A DNA stretch of 64,000 bases from an uncultured delta proteobacterium (GTDB taxonomy: Bacteria > Desulfobacterota > Binatia > UBA9968): assembly GCA_963840855.1 (NCBI GenBank), contig CAWJBB010000027.1:64001-128000 (forward strand), given 5' to 3'. Positions 42,127 to 50,728 of the stretch are shown one piece after another. The notes below the pieces were generated by a model. It was not told the origin of the DNA and made no database searches. It worked only from the letters and a program-made list of their open reading frames with translations. The position numbers were made by a program, and so were the translations under genes. Numbering within the stretch: the stretch's first letter is position 1; every line of letters starts with the position of its first letter.

Positions 42127-44871
42127 TTATTTGTGATGAAAACTCACTGCTCTCACCACCGACCCTGTCCCTGTCACCACATCGGTCACTTTCTGAATCT
42201 TCTTCCCGTCGCTCAGCGTGTACGTCACCGCCTGCCCTTTCGTGATCCCGCCGACGCCGCGCTGCATGACGGCGATGCGTTCTTTGATCTCTCGCGACGC
42301 GCGTTTGTGGCCGGCTTCGCTGCCACCTTCCATCTGCGCCAGCAGACCGCGGATGTCGGTCATCGGCTTTTCCGAGGCGAGCACGTAGATCGTCTCTGTG
42401 CCGGTATGTTCGTCCAGCCAGAACCACAGGTCCCTTGCCGGCACCACGACCTTTCGTCCGCCGTCGACGGAGCCGGACTGATTGATTTTCGGGTCGGGAA
42501 AAATCTGGCCCGCTTTGCTCTGGCTGTCGTACAGTAGAATGTACACGTACGCGGGGCGGTTCGATTCCAGATGAACCTGGAAATTATCACCTGAGCGCAA
42601 TACGCTGCCCTCGCTGACAATGATCTCGGAATAACCGCCATCAGCCTCTTTTCTCTGGCCGATGATGTTCATGCTCAAACGCAGCGGCGCGGCGACCGCG
42701 GCGGGCGCGGGCTCCTGAACAACAGCTATTTCTGGTTTGGCTGGCGCTGTGGGTGCCGTTTCTTGGGGCTTGGCCGCTATAGGAGCGGACTCTTTACTTT
42801 TCACGGCAAGCACCGGTGTCGGCTCTTTAGGCGCCGCGTCCTTCGCCTTCGCAACCTGCGGCGCTTCCTTCACCTCCGTCGGCGCGGGCGCGCTCTTCGT
42901 TTCGGCTTGTTCCGGCAGCGCAGTTTTTGTTTCAGGCGCCGGCGCGGAGACGATTTCCTTCTGCGCTTCTTCGCTGGGAGTAAATAATTGGTAACCGAAG
43001 TATCCAAGAACGAGCAGCAACGCTACCACGGCCGGATAAACATATGGAGAACGTCTCGCCGGCGTGGGCACGGGCTTCGGCGGCTCTTCGCCGCGGATCA
43101 CCTGCGCCCACTCCACGGGCGCGGCTGCGCGCGGCGGCGGAGCGACGGAGACTTCGATCTCGGCGGAGGCGAACTCGAAAGTCGGGTCGCCGTAGAGCAT
43201 ATACGTCGCCCAGACGATGGTCTCTTCGCCGTAGGCATCGATCAGTTCCAATCGGGCGCGGCGCACCGCTTCGCCGACTTTCACGCCTTGGGCGAGGAAA
43301 CTATAGAACCGTTTGGCGAAGTAGCCGCTCGGTTCGTCGAGAATTTCCCAGAAGGTGCCGATGTAATGCTGTACGCCGGCAAGCAGATAGGCATTGGCGA
43401 GGCCAAAGATCTCCTGCTCGAAACCGTCGTGAATCTGCCACTCGCCGGTCTGGCCGGTTTGACAGGCATTGGAAAAAACCAGCGAAGGCATGGGCTGGAG
43501 CCCGCCCATGGCCGAGATCTCGCTAGCCTTGAGCCGGCCGTCTTTTAAGAGCCAGCCACTCTCGGCGGGGTTGTCCGAATGATAATCGCCATGGCCGGCG
43601 TAGTGGACCACATCGTAGTCGCGCAGATTCTTTTTGACGAAGGGAATATCGACCGGCTGACTTTTGAAGTCGACATGAAACACCTCGCGCTTATCGTCGA
43701 GAAAGTTTTTGATCTCCATGCCTTCGCGGTAAGATGCGTCCAGATCGCCGCGCGGGTCGGCGAGGATTAAGACTTTGTAGGGCGCTTTGAGTGAGCGGTT
43801 TGAGAGCGCGGTCGGCGCCTGGCGGGTGCTGACGATCCGCCCCATGGCGAAGCGGCGGCAGAAAAACTGCTGGCCGTCGAACAGCAGCTCCCAGGGGATA
43901 TGAACCAGCTTGTCGTCGACGTAGAGGATCAGTTGGCGAGCTTGGGTCGCGCCGATCTTTTCCCGCGCCTTGGGCGGGATCAGCAGGTCGAAGAGAATCT
44001 GCCCGGACTTCTTAAGGCTGTCGAGTATCTCCGGTGTAACTTTGGCGCGCCGGTTGGCCCGGTTGAGAAGGGTGATTACTTCGCGCCGGGTTGCATCGAT
44101 CTGGTCCCAAGCCACTTCGACATTTTCATAAGGACGCAGCGTTCTCTCGCCAGCGTCGCTCTTCTCGAAAACGCAAATTTTGACGCTACCGTTTTCTCGC
44201 GATGCCTCCAGGACGATCTCACCGCCTATGCCCGACTCGCGGCGCACTTTGCCGCGCACGGCTTGGCGCCGCTCTACGCCCGTCCACATCACTTGATAAA
44301 CTTTAATATCCTCTTCGATGCCTTTGACCTGAACCTTGTCGACAAATGTGCAAAGGGTGTCGCGTCCCGGCTGGAGCGTATCGTAAACCGCCTCCGAGAT
44401 AAGGATCTGTCCCGGAGCGGCCAGTGACTTAATCCTTTCAGCGGTGTTGACGACGATCCCGTATACATCGCTAACATCCACAAACCCAGGTCCAGTGTGG
44501 ATGCCAATACGAATAGGGATGTGATCCCGCTCTGGCCGCCCCTGCCTGTCACGAAAGAGCGCCTCCTGCATGCGCTCAGCGCAAGCTACCGCGGCCGGCG
44601 GGTTTTCAAATGACACCAACAAACCGTCGCCCATGGTTTTAATCAGCTTGCCTTGATGCTGAGCGACGAGCGGCAACAGGAGATCGTTGTGGCGCTGGAT
44701 CATCAACTGGCCCTCGATGTCGCCTCGCGTGGAGAAGAAAGCGGTCGAACCGACGATGTCGGTGTAAAGGATGGTCGTCGGTCGCTTGAAGCGCGTGTCG
44801 ATGATCGCGTCCAGCTCGTTTCTCTTTCTCAGGATCTCTTCGAGCTCGGTCGGTTTGTCTTTATCGCTCAC
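42127..44871 (-). CDS. Class III adenylate cyclase - CHAT protease - TM - DUF4384 fusion
   Basis: YTDIVGST, KTMGDG, DVYG..VNTAER; IPWELL, HYAGHG, FSNACQT, MLYGDP; TM; LRSGD..YVYIL..IFP..GTETIYVLAS. Confidence 0.85.
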   Translation of the reverse strand: MSDKDKPTELEEILRKRNELDAIIDTRFKRPTTILYTDIVGSTAFFSTRGDIEGQLMIQRHNDLLLPLVAQHQGKLIKTMGDGLLVSFENPPAAVACAERMQEALFRDRQGRPERDHIPIRIGIHTGPGFVDVSDVYGIVVNTAERIKSLAAPGQILISEAVYDTLQPGRDTLCTFVDKVQVKGIEEDIKVYQVMWTGVERRQAVRGKVRRESGIGGEIVLEASRENGSVKICVFEKSDAGERTLRPYENVEVAWDQIDATRREVITLLNRANRRAKVTPEILDSLKKSGQILFDLLIPPKAREKIGATQARQLILYVDDKLVHIPWELLFDGQQFFCRRFAMGRIVSTRQAPTALSNRSLKAPYKVLILADPRGDLDASYREGMEIKNFLDDKREVFHVDFKSQPVDIPFVKKNLRDYDVVHYAGHGDYHSDNPAESGWLLKDGRLKASEISAMGGLQPMPSLVFSNACQTGQTGEWQIHDGFEQEIFGLANAYLLAGVQHYIGTFWEILDEPSGYFAKRFYSFLAQGVKVGEAVRRARLELIDAYGEETIVWATYMLYGDPTFEFASAEIEVSVAPPPRAAAPVEWAQVIRGEEPPKPVPTPARRSPYVYPAVVALLLVLGYFGYQLFTPSEEAQKEIVSAPAPETKTALPEQAETKSAPAPTEVKEAPQVAKAKDAAPKEPTPVLAVKSKESAPIAAKPQETAPTAPAKPEIAVVQEPAPAAVAAPLRLSMNIIGQRKEADGGYSEIIVSEGSVLRSGDNFQVHLESNRPAYVYILLYDSQSKAGQIFPDPKINQSGSVDGGRKVVVPARDLWFWLDEHTGTETIYVLASEKPMTDIRGLLAQMEGGSEAGHKRASREIKERIAVMQRGVGGITKGQAVTYTLSDGKKIQKVTDVVTGTGSVVRAVSFHHK

Positions 44872-45620
44872 GGACTGTCCTCCTTGATCTTGAGCCTGAT
44901 CGCGCCTAAAGAGTTGCCTCCATCGAAGACCGCCAATTGATATGCGCCGGAAGCTATGCGATCAAAGACGGCCGTACCGTTCCGTGCGAGATACGAAGCC
45001 TGCTCCCGCTCGCCGGACAATAGGCTAAATCGAAGCCCGTCGGCAAACGATCCCGACTTCGGCGTTACGTTAACGGAAACCTGACACAGCTCACCCTCGG
45101 TCCGTTCGACTTCGACAGTCACCCGGAAGTTTCCCAGATCTTTTGCGACCTGGACTGAACCGCCAGCGGGCGATATTCCTTTACCCCGGATCACGCCTGG
45201 CGCGTTTGCCAATACCAATTCGCCGGAGGTCGTAACCAGTGCAAGCGAATCTTTCGCCAATCGAACAACCAGCTCAAGAAAGTCTGGTTTGGGGGAGGTT
45301 CGATGTATGAGAGCCATTGCTCTCTCCACGACCGGTCGCGGGAGGCTCTCGTTGTCACCCGTTTTCTCGGCTGTATATGCGCCTACAATCTCCTCCAAGC
45401 ACAAAGCGCAAGCCGCTAAATGGCTCTCCACCTCACGCTTCTGGCTCTCGGCAAGATTGCCGCTTAAATAAACAGCTAGGTGTTCCTCGTCAAGACATCC
45501 AATCCGGCTGGGATATTTTCGCGCGCGGGGGAATATGAGCCGCAAAATCCTGCCAATCTGGTTTTCGTCTGATTCGACCACGGAACTCTCCTTCGGCTCA
45601 GAATTTTCACTGCCGGCCAA
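44868..45620 (-). CDS. zf-HC2 anti-sigma-like protein, no TM, with C-terminal beta domain
   Basis: CLDEEHL..YLSGNL..HLAACALC; overlaps the start of the cyclase gene. Confidence 0.75.
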   Translation of the reverse strand: MAGSENSEPKESSVVESDENQIGRILRLIFPRARKYPSRIGCLDEEHLAVYLSGNLAESQKREVESHLAACALCLEEIVGAYTAEKTGDNESLPRPVVERAMALIHRTSPKPDFLELVVRLAKDSLALVTTSGELVLANAPGVIRGKGISPAGGSVQVAKDLGNFRVTVEVERTEGELCQVSVNVTPKSGSFADGLRFSLLSGEREQASYLARNGTAVFDRIASGAYQLAVFDGGNSLGAIRLKIKEDSP

Positions 45621-45644
45621 ATAGACGGGAGATCCCGTGGGTTC

Positions 45645-46227
45645 TTACACGAGCGGATTTTTTCTAAGGACTTCTCGAAGCTTATCCAAGACGCGGCTTT
45701 TCTGGGTGTAGACCGCGCCGACGGACATCTTGAGAATCGCGGCTATCTCTTCTGGTGGCAGGGCTTGGCGAAAAGAAAGCTGGATTATGAGCCGCTCACG
45801 AGGGGAAAGGGCCATCTAAGAGCTTGCGAGAAGTGATCATCTCTTCTTCCTGGTCAATCAAAGAATCGGAAGCGTCGGACTGCGTCGGACGCGAGCGCTT
45901 CGGTAACTTCAACGGTCGGCGTTGGCTGTTTCCTCAGAAAATCGATCGTCAGTCGCGACGCGACAACTCGCAGCCAACTCGCGAGGGTACAACCACCGTC
46001 GCCGCTGAAATTGACTGAGCTTTCGGCAATTATCTTTGCAGAAGCGAAATGAAAAACTCTTGGTAGAGATCATCAACGGCGTCATCGCGGGACTCGGCAT
46101 GATGCAGGGTGAGAGTTTTCCGAATCGTGTGATAGACCAAGTTAGAATACTGCCGGACAAAGGTATCCCATGCGGCCTTCTCGCCCTTAACGCAACCCGC
46201 AATAAGACTCTTTTCCTGTTCGGTCAT
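45645..46227 (-). CDS. ECF sigma factor (several frameshifts; sequencing error or pseudogene)
   Basis: AAWDTFVRQYSNLVY, DDLYQEFF, CTLASWLRVVASRLTIDFLR, EEIAAILKMSVGAVYTQKSR spread across frames. Confidence 0.75.
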
Positions 46228-46364
46228 CAACCCGGCTTCTTTGAAACCCGTCTCTCCGTCGGAGTGCGAGTATCATAATCGGTAGTATCATGACAAGGCG
46301 CACATTGACGACGGTCTAGGCTAACGACCTGCTCTTCTGCGTGTGGAGTGACCAGGCGGGAAAA

Positions 46365-46745
46365 AATGCTACCTCCGGGGGCCGCCAGGAGTGAGATTGG
46401 TCTTGGTCTTGAGATTCTTGTAAAAGCTCGCCATCAACTGCGCCGTTGACCTGTCTTCCACATTCCAAAGACTGGCGACAACCGACGGTGGGCCGGCGTA
46501 GATGAAACGCGCGAGTAAGACCGACCAGCTCGTCTCCGCTGGAAAGTTTGCCCAATCCCGTCTCGCAGGCGCTGAGCACGACGAGACTGGCTTTCAGTTC
46601 CATTCCGAAGATTTCTCTTACTTCGAGCCTGCCGTCTTCTTTTTCTCTTGGCGAGAAGAATTGCTGAGGCGAGTGGATCGTTTTCGCTGAGCTCCGCGTG
46701 TGTGGCAAAATGAAGAATGTCGTGCCGGCGTGATAGGCGTTGAGC
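46365..46745 (-). pseudogene. CHAT-domain 3' fragment, copy 2
   Basis: LHFATH, DGRLEVREIF, LVVLSACETGLG, GLTRAF, VVASLWNVED, FYKNL. Confidence 0.75.
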
Positions 46746-47622
46746 AAGAGGGCGGGGATCACTTGAGGTCGAAGGCGATTAGCTCGTAATCCGGCTCTTG
46801 TTCCGATATATAACTCCCCCTCACCCCGGCAACCTTGACGATAAACTTCGCCTCCGGAGCGTACCATAAGTGGCGGACCGTCAAGGTGTTATCAGGAGTC
46901 TGGCACGCACTACCAACGACACTGCACTTCATAGGAAGTCTCCTCGACCTTGAATGTGCCAAATGGACCTGCAGGCGTGTTGATTGTTTCGGTCCCGAGG
47001 ACTTTAAAGCTGAATTCCCGCCACTCCCCCGTCCCCGACGGGACCCCTCCAGCCCCACCCCCTAATTTATACCGAAATTTCCACGTCTTGTTGGCCGCTA
47101 GCGGAAACTCCATGGTCCGCTGCCTTAACAGGGACGTACGCACCTCTTTCCCATCCTCGGGAGTTACTTGCTTTATCAATACCAAGTTCTGATCATAATA
47201 CCGCCAGAGGTCCAATCCCCACGCGAAAACATACTGATCCTTCTCAATGGCACGGACGATCCGGCGAGATGTTTGACCGTCAGCAAAGCGCACAGTCCAC
47301 GAATCCCCAACCTTATATTTAGGCATCTCAGCAACCGTAGGAAGAACTACAGGGGGACGAGAGATAGATGCAGGCGGTTGTAGCTGGGCAATGACCGCGC
47401 CTGAGAAGCTTTGCTGCCTCCCCACCCTTCTCCTTTCGCTCGCCTCAAGCCGCGCTTCCTCTGTCCGGGCCTTCTCTTTAGCAATCCGCTCCTCCGCCGC
47501 TGACCTGCAGCTTGAGCCATCTCGGAGGAAAAAAGAACAAACAAGAGCACTGAGCCAAGGATATAGAGCCAATTCCTGGTAAGAATTAAATAGCTCACCT
47601 TGAGTCCACTTTAAGCCTATAC
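46560..47622. repeat. Direct repeat copy 2 (fusion of 1a and 1b)
   Basis: Matches 39772-40719 and 41941-42063; the intervening ~1.2 kb is absent. Confidence 0.92.
46759..47598 (-). pseudogene. Internally deleted paralog of the caspase gene: signal peptide plus variant C-terminal domain, frameshifted
   Basis: MSYLILTRNW..MAQAA joined to AAEERIAKEK...; CTD with alternative loops. Confidence 0.75.
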
Positions 47623-47687
47623 AAGGATTCCGGTCAAGACTCAGTGGCTTGTCGGGGCGCCTAGAGTTCAGACCAGACAGACACGGC

Positions 47688-47724
47688 TTGACAATGCGGT
47701 CAAAGAATCAGATAATCAGATTAT
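47688..47724 (+). promoter_or_regulatory. TA operon promoter with palindromic operator
   Basis: TTGACA-N17-GATAAT; palindrome ATAATC-A-GATTAT (47712-47724) abutting the ATG. Confidence 0.7.
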
Positions 47725-48072
47725 ATGAGGCGCGCCAAAACCAAAGCATCCAAACGACCCAAGCGCCCGGTAAAAGAAACGCGGCGCATTCATTCTACGG
47801 CGAAAGGCAGCCGTGTCATCTCGGCGACCGAAGCGGCCCGCACCTTTTCTGAGCTACTCGACCGCATTTGCTATCGCGGCGAGACCTTTGTGATCGAACG
47901 CGGCGGAGAGCCGGTATGCGAAATGTCTCATGTTAAGCCACCGCGGTTTACGGGCGCCGATTTTCTGACTTTACTGCATTCTCTGCCAAAGCCTGATCCA
48001 GGCTTTTGGGACGCGGTACATGATTCAACAAGGCAGGAGCCTTCTGTCCCAGAATCGCCGTGGGAACGCTAA
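47725..48072 (+). CDS. Phd/YefM-family antitoxin
   Basis: ISATEAARTFSELLDRI..RGETFVIERGGEPV; overlaps the toxin gene. Confidence 0.8.
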   Translation: MRRAKTKASKRPKRPVKETRRIHSTAKGSRVISATEAARTFSELLDRICYRGETFVIERGGEPVCEMSHVKPPRFTGADFLTLLHSLPKPDPGFWDAVHDSTRQEPSVPESPWER

Positions 48073-48461
48073 TCGATTCCAGCGTACTGATCGCCTGGGA
48101 ACGCGATCGATCCGAGATAGAGACCCAGCTGGGCGATTTTGCCGAAGAGGATTTCGCTATCTCGGCTATCACCGCGTCGGAATTGCTGCACGGGGTCCAT
48201 CGCGCGACGAGCCCTTCCCGGCAAAACCAGCGAGAAGCCTTTGTGGAGGGCTTATTATTGCGACTCCCGATAATCGCCTTCGATCTCATCGCCGCCCGCA
48301 TTCATGCCCGTTTGTCCGCAGAGCTTGCGCTGAAAGGAACCGCTGTGGGTCCGCACGACCTCATCATTGCAGCCACCGCTATGGCAATAGGTTACGCCGT
48401 GGCTTCACATGACGGGCGTAGTTTTCCGAAAATTCCGGGTCTGTCCTTTCGGCGCTGGTGA
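48060..48461 (+). CDS. vapC: VapC PIN-domain toxin
   Basis: LIDSSVLI, SELLHG, HDLIIAATA, SHD..SF. Confidence 0.88.
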   Translation: MGTLIDSSVLIAWERDRSEIETQLGDFAEEDFAISAITASELLHGVHRATSPSRQNQREAFVEGLLLRLPIIAFDLIAARIHARLSAELALKGTAVGPHDLIIAATAMAIGYAVASHDGRSFPKIPGLSFRRW

Positions 48462-48501
48462 TTTGTTCTAGGGAGAGTCCAGTTGGTCGAATTTGGTCAA
48501 A

Positions 48502-49638
48502 TTACAATGTTAATTTTCCCGCATAACCCGTCATCTCGACGTAGCCTTCCCCGGCCACAGGTTTGTTCTTGAAGGTTCCTTTTACCTCCGCTGCTCCTTC
48601 CCAATACGTAACCCGTGTGCTTCGATTCGTGATCAGTTCTTGATCTTGAAACGCAGGGTTGATTGCCAATTCGATTTGCTCGGACGGAACGGCGATTTTC
48701 CACTTCATCGGATAGTTGGCGCCGCTCTTGGCGCTCTTCCAGCGCTCGAGGACTTCCACGTGGTAGTCATTGAGGTTTAGATGCCGAGTCGACCCATCGG
48801 CTCTTACCAGCGTGCCGCTTGCGTGGGCATCGATCGTGCCATCTTTGCGGCGCATAAGATAAAGCATCAATTCGGTCTGGTTATCGAGCTGGATGCTGAA
48901 CCAATCCCAGCCGACCTGTTCAGAAGTCAATTGATTGCTGCCGAACTCGTGGTCCATCCACGTCAGGCCGCGAACTTTTTCTGTTTTGCCGTTGATCGAA
49001 AGCTCGCCCTCCGCCTGCATGCGCGTCAGAGAATAGTAATAGGAGGCGCGTCCCGCTCCTTCCGCCTTTTGACTGAGACCGTTTTGGCCATGCAGCGCGG
49101 GCGGCTTGAGCGAAGTCAAGCGAAGATTCAATCTCGATTGCCGGTCACTGACCTGAATGCGGTGATTGTTTGCATCCCCCTCGACTTTCCAATCTTCGTT
49201 CCAGACATGATAGCGATCCGCCGCCGCGCCGGCCTTGTCGCCGTAGCCGCGATTGATGCGTTCGCGGAAAAGAAATTTCTTGGCGGCGATATCCGACAGG
49301 GCGAAGTGCGCCATATACAGGTCAGTGAAAATGACCGGGTGTTCCTTACGTTGCGGTTCTTGGCGGTCGCGCAGGCCGAATCGAAAAAACGTCACTTGAT
49401 AGCCGTAGCGCTTGCCGCCCGCAGTCTCCAGGTGTCCCGTGTAATACCACCACTCGGTCTTGAAGTCGGGATGCGAAAAATGATCGGCGGGAAATGATAG
49501 TTTTCGGCCCGGTAATGCGAGTTGGTAGGTAAAGCCACCCTCACCCTGCCCTCTCTCTGGCAGGGAGAGGGTTAAGATGGAGAGAAGAGCCCAAAAAAAG
49601 GTTTTTAAAAATGCTTTTGCGTTTGTATGAGATTCCAT
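48502..49638 (-). CDS. AttH-like lipocalin / carotenoid 1,2-hydratase-like exported protein
   Basis: FPADH..HP.FKTEWWY, SYYYS, WMDHEF, GWDWFS, YWEG, GYVEMTGY. Confidence 0.85.
   Translation of the reverse strand: MESHTNAKAFLKTFFWALLSILTLSLPERGQGEGGFTYQLALPGRKLSFPADHFSHPDFKTEWWYYTGHLETAGGKRYGYQVTFFRFGLRDRQEPQRKEHPVIFTDLYMAHFALSDIAAKKFLFRERINRGYGDKAGAAADRYHVWNEDWKVEGDANNHRIQVSDRQSRLNLRLTSLKPPALHGQNGLSQKAEGAGRASYYYSLTRMQAEGELSINGKTEKVRGLTWMDHEFGSNQLTSEQVGWDWFSIQLDNQTELMLYLMRRKDGTIDAHASGTLVRADGSTRHLNLNDYHVEVLERWKSAKSGANYPMKWKIAVPSEQIELAINPAFQDQELITNRSTRVTYWEGAAEVKGTFKNKPVAGEGYVEMTGYAGKLTL
49538..49572. repeat. REP-like palindrome inside the coding sequence
   Basis: CCCTCACCCTGCCCTCTCTCTG-G-CAGGGAGAGGGT. 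Confidence 0.65.
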
Positions 49639-49676
49639 ATTTGCAGAGGCATTTCCAGTAATGCTATAGGGAGCCT

Positions 49677-50507
49677 ATGGAAAAACAATACACGCGCCAG
49701 ACACTGCTCACAACTCCTCAGGAGCTGCAACAGAAACTAGGCAACGCCGATCTTTGCATCATCGATACTCGACCCGCGGAAGATTACGCACGGGGCCATA
49801 TACCCGGCGCGACACACTTCGATCTATTCGGGTTGAGCCTGGTGGATACCACCGAGGCGCCGCTCAAATCCTTCATGTTCATGATTCATCACGTCCTCGA
49901 GTTACGCGGTGTGAGCGCGGACAAAGAAGTCGTATTTTACGAAAATAACTCCGGCATGCGCGCGGCGCGTGGCCTGTGGTTTTTGGAATATTACGGCCAC
50001 CCCAACGCGAAAATGCTCGACGGCGGCATGAAAGCGTGGACGGCCGCCGGCTGCCCGGTTACCACGGAAGCGGTTTCCCCTAAAGCCGCGTCGTTGAAAA
50101 TCAGCGAGCGCCGCGACGTGTTAGCAACCGTCGATGATGTTCTCCAGGCGCTGAACAAGAAAGAGTTCTTGATCTTGGACACCCGCAGCAAAGGCGAGCA
50201 TCTCGGCACGACCGTCCGCGCGGCGCGCGGCGGCGCGATCCCCGGCTCGATTCACGTCGAGTGGACGGACAACTTGGATGCCGGCGGCAAGTTCAAATCC
50301 GTCGCCGAGCTGCAAGCGCTGTACGGCCAAGCCGGTATCACCTCGGATAAAGAAGTCATCTCTTACTGCCAGGGCGGTTACCGCGCGGCGCACAGCTATG
50401 TTGCGCTCCGATTGCTGGGATTTCCCAGAGTCCGTAACTACATCGGCTCCTGGAAGGAATGGGGCGACCGCGCGGACTTGCCTATAGAAACGCCCAAGGT
50501 GAAATAA
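49677..50507 (+). CDS. Two-domain rhodanese sulfurtransferase
   Basis: GHIPGA, LDGG, YCQGGYRA, YIGSWKEW. Confidence 0.92.
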   Translation: MEKQYTRQTLLTTPQELQQKLGNADLCIIDTRPAEDYARGHIPGATHFDLFGLSLVDTTEAPLKSFMFMIHHVLELRGVSADKEVVFYENNSGMRAARGLWFLEYYGHPNAKMLDGGMKAWTAAGCPVTTEAVSPKAASLKISERRDVLATVDDVLQALNKKEFLILDTRSKGEHLGTTVRAARGGAIPGSIHVEWTDNLDAGGKFKSVAELQALYGQAGITSDKEVISYCQGGYRAAHSYVALRLLGFPRVRNYIGSWKEWGDRADLPIETPKVK

Positions 50508-50530
50508 CGAAGATTAGAAGAATCATGACC

Positions 50531-50644
50531 GTTCTAGACGTACAAGCCGTTCCAATCGTTCAACCGCTTTGAACGGAGCGCCCGTCCTGAGCGCCGTGAA
50601 GCGAAGTCGAAGGACAGCGGTTGAACGACTTGAACGATTTGAAC
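50531..50644. repeat. Inverted 9-nt periodic hairpin with nested GTCCTGAGC...GTCGAAGGAC element
   Basis: gttctagac gtacaagcc gttccaatc gttcaaccgct ... agcggttgaac gacttgaac gatttgaac. Confidence 0.8.
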
Positions 50645-50728
50645 GATGAGGGCGTGAGCAAGGCGCGAAACCACAAGCAATTGCCTCATTGAGTTCAGCA
50701 AAGCAATCGCAAATAAGGAGACATATCT

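Noticed and set aside
39973-47600. Canonical diversity-generating retroelement
   Set aside because: No RT or Avd in the window, differences are not adenine-specific relative to either copy, and indels are present. Kept only as an open hypothesis.
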